64,000 bases of DNA from Botryllus schlosseri (lineage: Eukaryota): the NCBI GenBank assembly GCA_051294905.1, contig CM119371.1, positions 28,832,001 to 28,896,000 of the forward strand. Direction: 5' to 3'. Position 1 is the first letter of the stretch. Each line of letters starts with the position of its first letter. Below, in pieces: positions 1-14,077 of this stretch. The translations under genes were made by a program, and so were the position numbers. The notes beneath the pieces were generated by a model. The model searched no databases. It was not told where the DNA came from and was given only the letters and a program-made list of their open reading frames with translations.

Positions 1-1662
1 ACCGAGAACCCCAATACATTCAGCCGATATTCAAAAGAAGTTGGATATACATAAGCACATTTTCAAAGCTTCAGAGCATTTATTTGAACATCTTTACAGC
101 CATTGTTATACTTGAACATGAAATAAACTAGAAAGGCTACATCTGGACACCTGTTAAGTGTAAGCTATGTGAAATATATCAATATTCTCAGTCTAGCGGT
201 CAATGATTATAATTTTCTGACTTCCTAGCGCCATGTTATGACGTCACGAAAATTGCCAATAATTTTTCAGCTTCAATGGCCGATACCGATAATTCTTTCT
301 CAGTGTGTTATCGTCACGATATTATCGGCGAACCAATAATGGGTCGGGCTCCGGCATATTCAATCTATAGACATCTGGTTAGAATACCAGGCTTCCTGAC
401 ACGCATTTGCGATGAATAAGCATGATATCTCGAGAGTTACTCTCCATCTGGGGACTTGGAAGTACGGAATTATACCCTTGAGCTCCATATCGCATTGCGT
501 AGAGATGGAAGTTTAGGCTATTTGATTAGTGGTAATCTACTGTTTTCTCTGAAAGAGCGGCACGCTCTGCACAGCACATAGATAATCTTAAAATCATTAC
601 TCCGTCCTCGGTTTTCTAATATTTTCATTTGAAATTATGTCTTGGTGGATTGTACCAGGTTTTCGTAATGTTTGACCATAATATCATCTCCAAATTTGTA
701 GCTGAGAGTTGGATTTGTTGCGGATGTTGGATTGAAGAACTCTGATACATGCTAAGATTCGATAATATTATGTTGGCAACCACTGTATTGTGATTCATGA
801 AAACCCTTGCTCATCATTGCAATTTGCAGTTTCACAACGACATTCCGCCGCCCAGTATCGCCAGATACTGAGTCACATATGATATAGCATTTTCAAATTT
901 TTATCATATATTCCTTGAATCGGTTTGCTAGACCGCTGAAAATATGTTGAGTTGTTCTACTTTCGCCTTTTGGAACAGCCAGTTGGATTTGTGTCAGACA
1001 AATTGAAATTATACGATATACACAGTCTACATCTAAAATCGAAATTAATAATTATTTATTAATTATTTAATTTGTATGTAAGCAAGAAAACGATCGGATT
1101 TATTCAATCTGGGCAATCACAATTTACCGAAACACTATTTCAAATCTTCGCAATTGGAATTGTGTCAGTTAAATTCAAATAAGTCGGTATAATTATTATA
1201 TAGTCTGTATCTACAAAAAAAAGCCTATCCTTCCTACAGTGAAAACTGGACAATTTTTGTGCGGGAGGCTTTTGTTAAACCAGGCTTAACTTTTGTCAAT
1301 TTTGTAATCAGGACACAAAAGTTCATCGTTTGTGACTACAGGACACACAAAATTTTGATTTTTTTTCTAGCCATAACCCTATAGTGTACAGTGGTGTAGC
1401 AGAGTGCGAAATACGCCTCTAAGACTTTCGACCTTGTGCATTGTGATTTCGCCCTTCGCAAGTTTCATTGCCGCCGCCATCAGGCCAGTGCAAGATGTCA
1501 TCACGGACTTGATCATGATTCACACAATAAACAACGATCGTAGGGCCAAGTTGTCACGGAGTCATCTTATGTTCTGTGACTTGTGACCCAAGTCTTAAAT
1601 TTTAGGTATGCAGCGATAAATGAAATGTACAAAGCTGCTATCGTGAATAATAGGAGGCTTAC

Positions 1663-4600
1663 GGATAGTCAAGAACTCCCATCCTACAAAAGTCATTTCT
1701 AGGTTGATGCACGACAGGCAATCCGAAGCGAAAAACGCAAGTCACATTGTCCGGCCGGCACTGGGCATCATTGAGGTATAAATGATGACATACCGTTTAA
1801 GCGATCCAGTTCATCTTGAACGATGGTCCATCCGTGATCAGAAACGTCCTCCTGTCAAATCACAGCACGTTGATTATAGACGCAAATAAAGCGTAACCAA
1901 GCGAAGTGGCTCCTTTGTACGGCATCAGAAAAGTACGTTGATCCCGATCGACGCCACAAAATGTCGGCACGACATGTAGTTATATAGTAGTCCATATCAA
2001 CATTTATGCACTGCATGATATACGTTCTACAATGCAAGGCCAAGAAGTGGCCAAGCGGCCAGTGGAATCTTGAAATTGCAAGAAATACGGACTGTATACA
2101 GCGCGGTACAAGTGTTTTCCTGGTATTTTATGCTGATATCATTTTTTCAGATAAAACGCTTTATTATCACAGTACACCGAAAAATATATTCCTAATAAAC
2201 TTATTTATTTTTCAGTGATGCTGCAGCTGAGTAACAAATTATTGCGTACATTGTTGTTCGCCCACAGAGTATGCAGGTGTCATTACCAAATATAAGTAGT
2301 CTCACCGCATTTGTGAAGCTAGACTGGATGGTTTTCTCCTCTACACAAGAACATTCACTACCCTCGCTTTGTTGTTGGTGAGCTTGATCTAAACACGGAA
2401 GGAAGATTATCGGCACGACAATAGAAATCTAGGTTTCCAAGATGGCGTCGCGGACATGAGCAGCGCTGCGCGACGAAGCACACAGATTTAAAAAATGTAT
2501 AGTTATCTAGAGCAGTGCTTTTAAATCTTCTTGAGCACCATCCAAACTTTTTCGTCAAAATATTATCATCCACACAAACACACCGAATATTGTTTTACAA
2601 AAAGAAAAATGAAGATAATTAACAATATTTTGTTCAGATTTGCAACAAGTAGGATACTGGTTTAGGCCATCAAGTCTCTCATTAAAAAGTCACTCTTTTC
2701 CTCGTCTTGATTTCAACGATAGTGCATTAAAAGCCTCTTCGGCTAGATAAGTGTTGGGTTTGGATGACGAGGTCTTAATAAGAACCACCCTGCACTCCTA
2801 TCCAAAATACAGTGTATTTTCCACGAGCGACAAATGCGTGCTGGCAGAAATCATTTTTAAGAGTATTGACAAAAAGGTCTTGGCGGCTCCACTTTGTCGA
2901 ATGGTTGCCAAGCCCACATGATTGTTTAATGCCTCTGCCTGATGCTTGGAAAATAAGCCCCAAAACTATCAAGGAGAGTAGGCTTATTAGAGCTCGCTAC
3001 CTTACGATACACTGCTCCAAGTTGTGTTCTGCTTTTTTCAATTCCCCAAATTTCTCTTAAATGAACGTGTCGCATTGACGCGCACCCGCTCGTTGCACAC
3101 CGCTGCACTAAAGCATCCCAACGGTCTTTGACGGTGTTTGTCAGAGAAACCAGTAGACAAATCTTATCGGGAATTCAAACCAATTTGTACAATACAATGG
3201 TCGGTACATTATATGATGATTCATACGGTATGCGTGTCTCTCCTATGGGCAATATTACCTGATACAGTGACCTTAGATTCGCAAATTGTAATCCTTTGTG
3301 ACCCACACTTAAATGGTGGTATTTACTACTATCTTAGTGACTCGTGCAAATCGAAGCACAGTTATTACAAAAATATGATGAAGTCAAGTGATAGCATGAC
3401 TTGAGGTGGCTTCTATGAGTCGCCAACACAACGATGTCGATCTTTCGACTCGGACTCGAGTCCAGACAATACATGACCTCTCAGATATTCGTCGATAAGA
3501 GTAAATTGTTGAGTAGAATTTGTGAAGGATCCATGCTTACAGAAATTTCGATTTTTGACGAAACAGTTGTCAAGTCAATCTACGATAGGGTATGTGGAAC
3601 CAATAAAATTGTACGTTTATCAAAGATGAATAGCTCAAATGGGCAAAGGTTTGAGAATATTGAATATATTTTATTAATAATATTCATGATCGAAGTCACC
3701 ATATGCATATTTTTGTGTCTTTCGACCCTTCTCAGAGGAACTTGGCTCTAATGTATCGATCTATATGAGCTAAAACAGAAATCCATTTTGCAAACCACGA
3801 ACCATTCAAAACTAGCATTTTTCCGAGGTCCGTAAATGTTCTGGTTCACGTGGCGCAGGTTCTAAACATGGGCGACAACTATGCACTGTATGCGGTCACA
3901 TTTTCCACAATATACAGTAAAATGGTAAATATAGTTGTCATACCATTTTGAAAATCATCTTCAGTACTAGCGGAGCACGACCGTACGATATCCGGGTGTA
4001 TGGCCTGTTTAGGAAACAAGACAGATAACAATCAGTCACGAACGAGCCACAGTCATAACAGATTGTGGAATGTTCTACAATTTGAATAATGAGTATGGAT
4101 CTAGATACGCACGGAATTCACGATTCGTCACACAATACGAAATATGTTAACAAATCTCGGTACGAGATATTGGATTACATCGGTATTCAAAGTTTCAACA
4201 GAATTCGGACCAGACTTCCAGAAAACCTCGACCACAGCAACTTTATAGCATGTGGGGGTGGGCACAAGAGATACGAGTTGTTGTTTACAAAGAGAGCATG
4301 ATGATTTTCTGGTAGAAGCTGAACAGGGTACTGCTCATTTGAATGACAATCCACAGAACGAAGTTTTTTAGAGTAATCAGCGCGTAGGCAACATTTGTCT
4401 GGAGCAATCCCCATAGAGCAAGACAGGAAGAGAGAAAGAGATGATATTCTTTTTCGCCTGCATCATCGAGATGCTTTGACGACGGAGATGCGACACCTCC
4501 CTCCTTCAGTAAGGTTATCTAGTCTGCACCCCCGTTTTCTCCTTCACATGCTATCTGTGGATGCTGAGCGCCTAGCAGGATAGCGGCGGATACCAGTTTT

Positions 4601-7600
4601 CGAGTCTTTAGTCCGACCCGGTCAGGGATCGAACACGCGACCCACCGATCGAGAAGCTGGACGCATCACAACCACACTCTCGCTCGAGGACTACTCAATT
4701 ATGTAAATAGAACGTCACACCAAACAACTCTTTTCTTGTCACTCATACGACTAAAACGGTTGCCCGACATGAGCATGCGACTCGTTGGAAAATGAAAGTT
4801 GTGCATGGGTAAACACCGGACACGTTAGCATACGTCACTGCAGCATGTGACTTTTATAACCCCAAACGTAACCGTAACCCGAAAAATAAAATAACCCAGA
4901 AATTAACCGCTACATTATGCTAACTCCCAGCATTACCCTAATCTAGTGGTTCCCAACCGGTGGGGAATTCAAATGGTATCTGGTGGGGAATATACCATTT
5001 GTTAAACACAGCACAGTCTACATATTAACGGATACACATGCGCAATTACCGTTACCAGTTAAAAGCTCTCGAATGTATGTATCGAAAATTATATTGCATG
5101 TTGTCCTCGAAAAGTCATTTTAACTCCGGATAACCGATCATGGCGTCACAAACGCATCCAGCACGACCAGTATGACTTGAAATAACGCTCTTGGTGAATT
5201 CTGCGGGTTACCGGTATCGGTTCACAATATGTTTCAGTTATAGGCGATAGTCTTGCGTACTGGTGTGGTTGTGTGTCTTCTGTCCTCAAAACAACGAAAT
5301 AGATGCTCCGTAATGACAAAAAATTTGGGTAGTGGGGAATGAAAGCTCGGGATAAATCTGAAGTGGGGAATGAAGACAAAAAGATTGAGAAAAACTGCCC
5401 TAATCCAGCCCTAACCCACCCTATCCCATAAAGTAACCCACATGCTCATGTGTGGCATGCACAATTGTCGCATGCCGAAATACCACATGCTCATATGTCC
5501 ACGGACCGACTAGAACAGTGGTTCCCAAATGGTGGGGAATTCCCCACTGGTGGGGAATTCAATGGTTTCTGGTGGGGAATAGACGCATTTGTTCAAAATT
5601 ATATACAGGACAGTCTACAAATTTACGGAGACACATGCGCAATAATTACCGTTACCACTTAACTACTCTAGAATGTATGTATCGAAAATTATATTGCGTG
5701 TTGTCCACAAAACCTCATTTCAACTCTGGATGGCAAATGATGGCGTCACAAACGCATCCAGCACGACTAGTTTGATAGCAAATAGCTGCTCTGTGATGAC
5801 AAAAGTGTTGCGTGGTGGGGAACAGGACCGTAACTGCCGCAGCTCAAATCCCACATGGGAGGGGGCAAGTTTGAACAGGGCCAAAATTATTTCGTGAATA
5901 AACATAAATTGTAGAGTATTTTTTTGGAAATTTATACCACTTTTTCAAGATGTCTTCGCGCTGATGGTGCGATTTAATATTGCCGAATATCTTGATTATT
6001 GGGTACACTTCCCCACTAAAATACGTAGAATTTATCGAAATGGAAACTTCGGCGTCGGCCATTACTGCGCCACGACGCTCCAAGACATACGAAGTTATAG
6101 GCCATGTAACATGCGACTCCGAGAAGTGCGCCAGAACGATCAGCAGCGTGAAAATCTCGGTCTGGGAGGAATGCCTTTGTGGTGACCGAAAACTTCGATA
6201 AATATACAATATACATCTTTGTTTAATTGTCCATAGCCGGCTGAATGGCTGGCGCCGAATGTTTCTATCCTGGGGATCTGAACCCCACATGACAAATGCC
6301 ACCCCGCAGGGGAAAATTATTAGCCAGTAAAGCAATACCAATGTGAAATCGTGTGTGCCTTTTAGTGTTGGCCATTTCCATATCTTTTGACATAGCAGAT
6401 ATAGGAGGTTCCGAGATAGCATAATGTAACGAGGTCAATATACCAACGGGTCCGCCAAAGATGTTTAATTCTTATTTAGGGGCCCTACCTTTTCCAACGC
6501 ACCTCACTCAGCTCTACCGATAAATCTGATTACGTGATGAGCATAGAGGCGTTAAAAAATTGATAGCAAAATATGAGCAATTCCCGATCATATTGACCGA
6601 TTTAAACGAAAATTATATAGATTTCCGCGCTTCGCGCGTTTAGTCGCAATAGGGCGACGCACTAAGACAGTTCACCCAATGCAGCTGATAATTAGCGGGG
6701 AAAAAGCATACAAGCTCGGGGGCTGAGGGGGTTCTGACGAAGACCTGTTACAGTCCTGGTGGGGAATGAAGGCCCGGAAGAAATCTGAAGTGGGGAATGA
6801 AGACAAAAAGGTTAGGAACCACTGGACTAGAACGACATTGCAAAAGATAACACTCAAATTATCCTTCACTCAGTTGATATAAACCCACGTCTACAACAGT
6901 TTTCCAAAGAGTTATCAATCTTCATATTACCATGTCGCTCGTCTCCTCATTGCGCGGCTCCTCTTCACAATCTTGACCCTCCGTTATAGGTCGCTGCCCT
7001 TCGTCTTAAATGCAGGATTCATCATAAACCCCTTCTCTCTACGTATATAGTAATCTAAATCAGCGGTTCTCAACCGGGGGTCCGCGGACCCCTGGGGGTC
7101 CGCGAAGCAATTCCAGGGGGTCCGCAAGACGTCTAAATTTTTAAAAAGGTTGATAACCTAATTTTTATTATATTTTTTAATTTGAGAAAGCATGAGGCAG
7201 TTTCGCACCACAGCTGCTAAAACCTCATGACTCATATCATCATAATAATCGTCTGACATGGACTATCGTAATATGGAAACTCATTTCCATTGCCAGTTTT
7301 CCAATAACCTGCTGATACAAACATATTGCTGTTTATAGACGTTTTATTGGGGTTTGTGGAAAAAATTAAGATATGGGGACGATGGTAACGTCAATCAGGG
7401 TGACTTCGTAATGTCTGCGAAACCTTCTCGATTTGAAGTTGACAGTCTCATCAAATTAGTGAACAGTCGTTTGAAATAAAAATTTCCGAAGTATTTCCAT
7501 AATTTGTCCCAATGCAGGGAACAGCTTCTTGGAGGTACAGAACTTTATTATACAATTGAATAGTATATTCATATTGAAATGAACCCGAATATTTTCGGCT

Positions 7601-10600
7601 GACAGTCGTCATAAATCGGACAATGATATACCTGCTCTTAAAGCTCGGCTATCAGATTTTGCGCATTCTTAATGCGGATGCTCTATCGACAAGGTTGATT
7701 TTTTGATGAACAAGGAGTGTTTCGTTGCTATCAAGGCGTTACGATCCAACCCTGAAATTCATATCACCAGTTATATTGGTATATTGGTGCGCTGTTTACT
7801 GCCGTTCGCGACTTGTGTACTTGTCATTATTACGTCACAACGACAAAATTCTTTCTATATTTCGAACTTGGTTAACCTCATTTACTGGCGTTCACTGCTG
7901 AAGAGAGCCAGTCGAAAAGCTTCCAGTAGAATAAATTTAAAAATATGAACGTATTGTTTGCTGTAATGTTCAATTGTTCATTATCGAACATGTTTGCTCG
8001 TAAATATATATGTGAACCTGAACAGAGCAAGTCGTTTCATGACAGTCTTTTTCTGGTTGGAAAACTTGGATCCGTTCTTTGGAGCATAAAATTTGTCTAT
8101 ACTTTTAGATTAGGATTTCACTTTGACGGTAGAAACTCTCTGCGGACCGATCAAAATGCCGTCGCGGGCCGAATGCGACCAGCAGTCCGTATGTTGCCCG
8201 TCCCTGCGCTAGATGCTGGACATGATATGTTCATAAAATATGTGTTTCTTCATTTTGGTGCCATAAATGTTGCGATGACACCAAAAGTATCGTCGGAAGC
8301 GTTATGTGTTAACATTGCATTAGCCTCCACCTATCTTAGCTGAAATGGCTTTCGGCATTCCTCGTTCATATCAAAACGAAGATGCGGATTTTCAAGACAC
8401 GACCACGTACTTCAAGAAATACAGCAGCAAAATTAGCTTTGAAATAATAAAAGTCCACTAATTTCTACATAAATAGTATGATGTTATCTTCAAGAAAAAT
8501 CATTATTTTGTTGTTTATCACAAGCCTACAGTTCATATTTGCACAAGACAGATGAAGGTTGCACCAAAATAGAGCTAAAATCGAGCTAAAACTTGAGGGG
8601 GTCCGCGAGGGTCCGTGACGGTCAAAAGGGGTCCGCGAAGAAAAAAAGGTTGAGAACCACTGATCTAAATTATCGATAGGCATTTCTACAGTCACACAGA
8701 TGGCCAAATAGACCCAAGAGTAATAGACTGAAAAGTGCAAGTCGTCCGCAACAGTGCGGCAATGTGTGAACATTGCAACGGTAGAGGGACCTGGCGGTAT
8801 CCCTCTGGTAGCAAAGTGGCTGTCCGATATATATCAAGTTAGCTTTACTGGCAAAATAATCTGGGAATCCTGTACCGAGGTTTACGAGTTCTTCAATCCA
8901 CAGATGTTTAGTCAAACACGAAGTATATATTGTATCAGAATAAGAATGAGTCTGCGAATATTTCGCATTTTTCGCGTTAAGTAGGCCTACTCGACAAACG
9001 ATATGACGTCACGTCATGCGTTGCGCAAACGGTAGCTTGGCAATAATACGGGACGTGTTGTGAAATTCATATAACGGTACTCAAAAAACGCGGTAAGCAG
9101 CGTCATATCTAGGGTTGCATTTAAAACAAGGCCCCAATTAAAAACATGTTTTTTGTTTTGTTCATTTTTTAACCCATGACACGAATATTTAACAGTGACT
9201 TCATAATCGTCATAATGGATTGACACTGACAATTGAAAATATAGGGTAAATATAGCTCATTTGACGAAATATCTGTATTTTACCTGTTGAACCGACTATA
9301 TCGAGTTTTTCAGCCATCACATATCGATATACGTTGGTTAAATCGGGTTTTAATTGTCCGTAGGCTCATACAAGTTTTTTTTAAAGTATTTACACAATTA
9401 TGGCACAATTTTACAACTTGAGAAAAAACAATTTGCACAACATTTTGCACCCGCTCTCTTGAGGTTGTGCAGATACAAAGCCCTTATATACGACAAACAT
9501 AAGCGAAACTAACATTAGACAGTGTTCGAGTAATATACAGCGAGTCATACCATTTTGAGCCACATCATCTTCAGCAATAGAGCGTAACCGTAGCCGGCGT
9601 ACGATATCCGCATTTCTGGACTGTTTAGGAACCAAGACACATTACAGTTAGTCAAGAGCAGGCCTCAATCATGTAATCAGCCAATCAGCACAATTGGAAT
9701 GATGAGTGGGCCTAAATTGCAATACGACGGAATTGAATAAATGGCTTAACTGACACCACAGGTATACCTTCTACAATATGGAAAACATTGAAAATAGATT
9801 GCAGAACATTCTTCATTGCGAGGGGACATTTATAGTATTACTGAGATTTGGAAACGAAATGCAAAAAAAGCGATCGTAGCGTATTTAGCAACATAATACT
9901 CTTAATACGGCATCAGTCGTCAAATTACCGAGTCGCTCGTATGCTCGTTTCGTAGCTCTTCAAGCTCGTCCGTCTTTGCAGCTTCCGAGGTTTGATTCGC
10001 GTTTATTGCTTGCAGCGCCTCGGCTTAGATACAAGGTTATCAGTCGTTAAGCAGTTCTGTCTTTACAGAGACTGTCATAGTATAGCCTGCCTTGCTAGCA
10101 ATGTTCCCTCTAATTTTTCGACGAGTCTGCGCGCACTCACCAACTCACTGCGCGGTCTCTTGGATAATAGTGCGTAACGACTAAAAAAAAGGTCATCACT
10201 TCGAAGTTTTTGTGCGCAGCTTAGATTTTCTGTGCGCAGAGACCGTGTCAGCAATGCGCAATTGCGCACGTGCGAAACTTAGAGGGAACATTAGGTGCTA
10301 GTAAACGTAACACCGGCAATTTAAACTCTATTACAAGTAAAACTAGAGGTTTTCGGCGTACAATTTTGATTTAAAATTATGGGGCTCGCTCTTTTCGAAG
10401 TAGAAAGCGAAAGACGCGATCGCCGCTACTAACACAGAATGATAGATGATACCACAAATAGATACAGCGTTAAAGAAACATTCCTGAGGCACTTTCACCT
10501 CATTTTTTACAATTGTATGACAATTACATTGATCACAAAGAACTGAAAGTACCTAAAAACATTTTGAGCACAGAGTAGAAGTAGGAAAAGCGTACTTACG

Positions 10601-12854
10601 TACTCAAAACAAGTAGAAGTACTTTTGCTGACCCGCTATGACTCAAGGTAACATCGGGTAGATGCCGGGAATATATGGAAGGACTCGAATTTCCATTTTC
10701 TCGACACAATTTAGCAAGTTGTATTTTCAAGTTAGTCAAAGTCTCATAATACCCCCTGAATCACCTTCACATATAGTCAAAGCCTCCTGCAGTACACAGC
10801 ACACCCACTTCTCGTCATCTCGAAACAAAGTCATGTTTTCGGCGATTATCTCCTGTCAAAGGAATCACATCGTGACGGTTAGTCAACAAGAAACAAGCTG
10901 CAGTCATTCAATCCTAATGAATGTTCCACGGCGGGAGTCTTCCGTAAATTTAGACATAAAAGAATGTTACACTAATACCGTAGAATAACGCAGAAATTGA
11001 AAATGGAGTGGTGGGGGGTGGGCACAATATCATTCTATTTATTGTGAGCTATCGCCGTAGTACAAAGCGCATTCCATCAGAAATCGGTACCTACGCTCTT
11101 CGTAGCATATCGTTGTCCATTATGCAATAATGTGTTTTCTAACCAACCAACCAACCGACCAACCAATCAATCCAGTTAGATCTGAACTATCAACTCTATC
11201 AGGGAAATCAATTTGTCGACCTAGACTAGGGGCGGGCAACATACGGCCCGCGAAGGGATTTTGTCCGGCCCGCGGACAGCTTTCCGTCTTACATGATAAT
11301 GTGGTCCGCGTCCCCAGTCAGCCGAGATTCCCCACCAGTTGCTTGCCATGTCAAATTTCAGTGACTTTATGTTCTTATATACGTGTATTCGCAGCGTGCG
11401 AGAGTGGAGCTTACGCGTCAGTTCGTCGAAGCGAGAACACTGGCATTATCGGCATTTACGATGTACTCAACCCTAAGGTCGTCTGTGGTAATCATGGTGT
11501 TTGTCGACTACAATGGTCATGTACACCAGACTACTATTTCTTATTTTTGATTCCGTAACCGCCGGCTTGTAGCATGGAACACTTTTAGGCTTTTGTAAGG
11601 CACCGCTTATGCCAGGGGTCGCCAACTCAAAATGGGTCGCGGGTCACTTTTCAAATTTCGTATAGAGGACGCGGGCCGCATAAATTCAATATCGAGATGA
11701 ATTAGGCCACACAGTTCAACAATGACGCTATGTCCTCACCTACTCAACCCTAATGAATTGATAGGTTGGTAAATTTGGGGTACCGGGCTTATCGAATGCC
11801 TTGAAATCTTAATTAAGGAGTGCGACATAGTGTTCTATGTGATGTGGACCCGAGCAAATCTCCCGGCTCAGTGAAATTGGTCTACGTCACACTTTCAATT
11901 TGGCCAAAGGCAATTTCACGGTAACTTTTGACCGGTTTGCCGAACGCGAAATTTGATAAAACGGGTATCAATCGAAAGCTACCGGGGTACTGATTGCAAA
12001 AATATAAGTTTTAATCTGCTCGTGGTCCTGGAAACCCCTAAAATCAGCCTGGAATGGTAAATTGTAACGGAGCTTGGTACCGTGACGCCTAGATAAACCT
12101 CCAACACTTAAGTAGTGTTTCTGGAGCCGACCTCGGCCGGACTCGAACCCACACCCATTGGTGTTGTAGCTATGAATTATGCCACTACGCTAGCTCGCCA
12201 CTATTGCACCGTGCATTGATCGATCAGAGAGGAGCACACATGGCAGCGCCTGTATGGCAATACTATTCTCAAATCCACATTGTCTTCGTCATTATCGGCG
12301 AGAAATCGATTTGAAGTGACAATGCTGTCGTTAAAATACATTCATTAAATACGATTTATTCCTTGTATATGTGGATAAATGGACCAATAATGTATCGATT
12401 CAGCAATCCGGCCCGCCGAGTACTTAATTGTCTTATATCCGGCCCGCCGACTGGGGAAGTTGCCCGCCCCTGACCTAGACGCTTTGAAATGAGGAAACGA
12501 AATAAAATCTGTTATTTCTATTGCTCATAGTTGGCAGATTAGTGGTAATGAAGGTTTATGAAGACTATTATTAGTAATTTGCAGTGAATGTAAGTATGGA
12601 AAAAAACGTATAGACACCTATTCCTATATGAGGAACCGCATGAATCCCTAAAAACTGCCACGGGTCCGCTAGGCTGGCCTTAGGGTCAATAGGACGAACA
12701 TCAAAATGAACGCGTACTCAAAATTCGACAGCCGTAGGCATCTCGTAAAATTACCATAGCCTTACCAGTTTCGCCATACACGCGACTTTGCGTTTATCTT
12801 CCTCACTTGCAGCGTCCCGATAAAGATTCCTGAATTCTTGCTCAGGCATGTGAT
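1663..12854 (-). CDS. Multi-exon gene, paralog 1 (partial): helical CARD/death-fold-like segment plus acidic tail of three two-exon modules; function unknown
   Basis: Minus-strand GT-AG exons with compatible phases: 12766-12854 (xHMPEQEFRNLYRDAASEEDKRKVACMAKL), 10765-10852 (EIIAENMTLFRDDEKWVCCVLQEALTICE), 9929-10023 (AEALQAINANQTSEAAKTDELEELRNEHTSDS), 9551-9620 (SRNADIVRRLRLRSIAEDDVAQN), 6931-7004 (DEGQRPITEGQDCEEEPRNEETSDM), 3944-4004 (AIHPDIVRSCSASTEDDFQN), 2306-2388 (DQAHQQQSEGSECSCVEEKTIQSSFTNA), 1794-1851 (EDVSDHGWTIVQDELDRLN), probably 1663-1698. All are open, and all but the first have a counterpart in paralog 2. Start and final exons unresolved; the domain label is inference. Confidence 0.8.
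2513..3140 (-). mobile_element. Degraded hAT transposase C-terminal remnant in an intron
   Basis: Minus-strand PNTYLAEEAFNAL (~2720-2760) resembles the hAT motif TTYLCExGFSxL; CAGTG terminus at 2513; absent from the paralog-2 intron. Confidence 0.5.
4400..4690 (-). mobile_element. tRNA-derived SINE
   Basis: Minus strand has B-box-like GTTCGATCCC followed by GGTCGGACTAAAGACTCGAAAACTGGTATC...CCTGCTAGGCGCTCAGCAT, which resembles a conserved SINE central domain. Boundaries approximate. Confidence 0.6.
4944..5397 (+). mobile_element. hAT MITE
   Basis: TAGTGGTTCCCAA...TTGAGAAAAACTG; TSD CCCTAATC; same family as 5516-6824. Confidence 0.85.
5516..6824 (+). mobile_element. hAT MITE with a nested element at 5823-6758
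   Basis: Outer TIR CAGTGGTTCC/GGAACCACTG, TSD GACTAGAA; inner CAGGACCGTAAC/GTTACAGTCCTG, TSD GTGGGGAA. Confidence 0.92.
7061..8662 (+). mobile_element. Non-autonomous hAT element
   Basis: TIR CAGCGGTTCTCAACC/GGTTGAGAACCACTG; TSD ATCTAAAT; subterminal GGGGTCCGC repeats. Confidence 0.92.
10099..10293 (+). mobile_element. Short hAT MITE
   Basis: TIR AATGTTCCCTCTAA/TTAGAGGGAACATT; imperfect TSD CTTGCTAG/GGTGCTAG. Confidence 0.8.
11227..12472 (+). mobile_element. hAT MITE (GGCCCGC family) carrying a SINE insertion
   Basis: TIR TAGGGGCGGGCAAC/GTTGCCCGCCCCTG; TSD ACCTAGAC; empty site in paralog 2 at ~63835; sister copy at 32673-33559. Confidence 0.93.
11824..12199 (-). mobile_element. tRNA-derived SINE nested in the MITE
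   Basis: Absent from the sister copy 32673-33559. Minus-strand head GGCGAGCTAGCGTAGTGG (A box) ... GGTTCGAGTCC (B box). Confidence 0.75.
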
Positions 12855-14077
12855 CTACGGTTTAAATTAAAATGTACATTATCGACATGATACCAAGAAT
12901 TTGTCATCATGATGGCAGAGATAAGCAAACAGGGATTTGGATTTCTTCATGGTATGCCGGATTTGAGGACTTTGATATGATTCGGACTTGCAGTTGTTTC
13001 GAGAGTTAATTTCGATTTATAGACAGATATGATCAAAGAATCCACATGCTTCTACTCAATTCCAAGTTACGAATGTGCAGGAGTATACGTGGAGCATGCA
13101 GGCAAAGTCAACTTGAGCTCTGATATGTGACTTATGACTTATGGTGTGGTGCCGCCGTCATTCGACAATGCCGTGTATAATATAGGACGTATAGGCATTA
13201 GATAAGAAAATCGGAATAGCGAACATTAGGTACCTGTTGCGTATCCATAGCTCTCATCGTTCATCATCCTTTTTGCTATTGTGATGACAAGACTTTTACA
13301 ATTTTACGAACCACGTATACTGACACTATGCAACTAAATACAAGCGTAGGATAAAAATCAAGTTACTAATAGAAAACTGCCTCGCAAGTGTGGATGCGAG
13401 TAAGCTACTGCTACTACGCAGGTTTCGACGCGGCACTCCAGTTCCAATGAGTGCCGATTTAGCAGGCGTCGATTCCTGTTTGTTGCGGTAAATCTGCTCC
13501 ATAGGGAAATCGGCAAACGTTGCGTATCTGTCTATTCAACGCAAAATAATCAATCGATCCAAATGAACAATAATACCGATTCTCTTAGTCAAAAGAAGAT
13601 GCTTCAAGCGAGATTCGCAATAGTGCTTGCTTGTCTCTTGCTCGATAGAATGGAGCTCGAGACAACAGTAACGCGTTCAATTTATAGTACTAGCGAAAAG
13701 ATAATTGAACAGTAATCAAACAATCAAAATCAAAAATCGTAAAATTACAATGATTGGAAAACCAGAATACAAAATAAGGACAGTTACATTGGCGTACTGA
13801 TTCCTCTAAAAACGTCCTCAAATAAAGACTAGCATATAACATGCGCATTGCGCAATCGCAAACAACGCATGCGTCGAGGCCTACGCTTTCAAATGAACCT
13901 CACGCTTATATTTTATCGTTTAACTCGCGAGGACGTTCCACCACGAACCAAAACATTGCCAATGAAGGAAGAGTTAGGTCCTTAGCCTATACGCAGCACA
14001 CTCGAGAAGAAATTGTCTTTGCAGCTGAATTTACCTTTCTCAATATTGATATGACAGAGGTTTTCGAAGCGATATAT

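Noticed and set aside
5844..6422. 192-aa ORF and similar ORFs near 52700
   Set aside because: Inside a repeated MITE; the frame is not preserved in the sister copy and no domain is recognisable.
12125..12199. tRNA gene
   Set aside because: A and B boxes are present but there is no convincing cloverleaf, and it heads a ~380-bp insertion; treated as a SINE.
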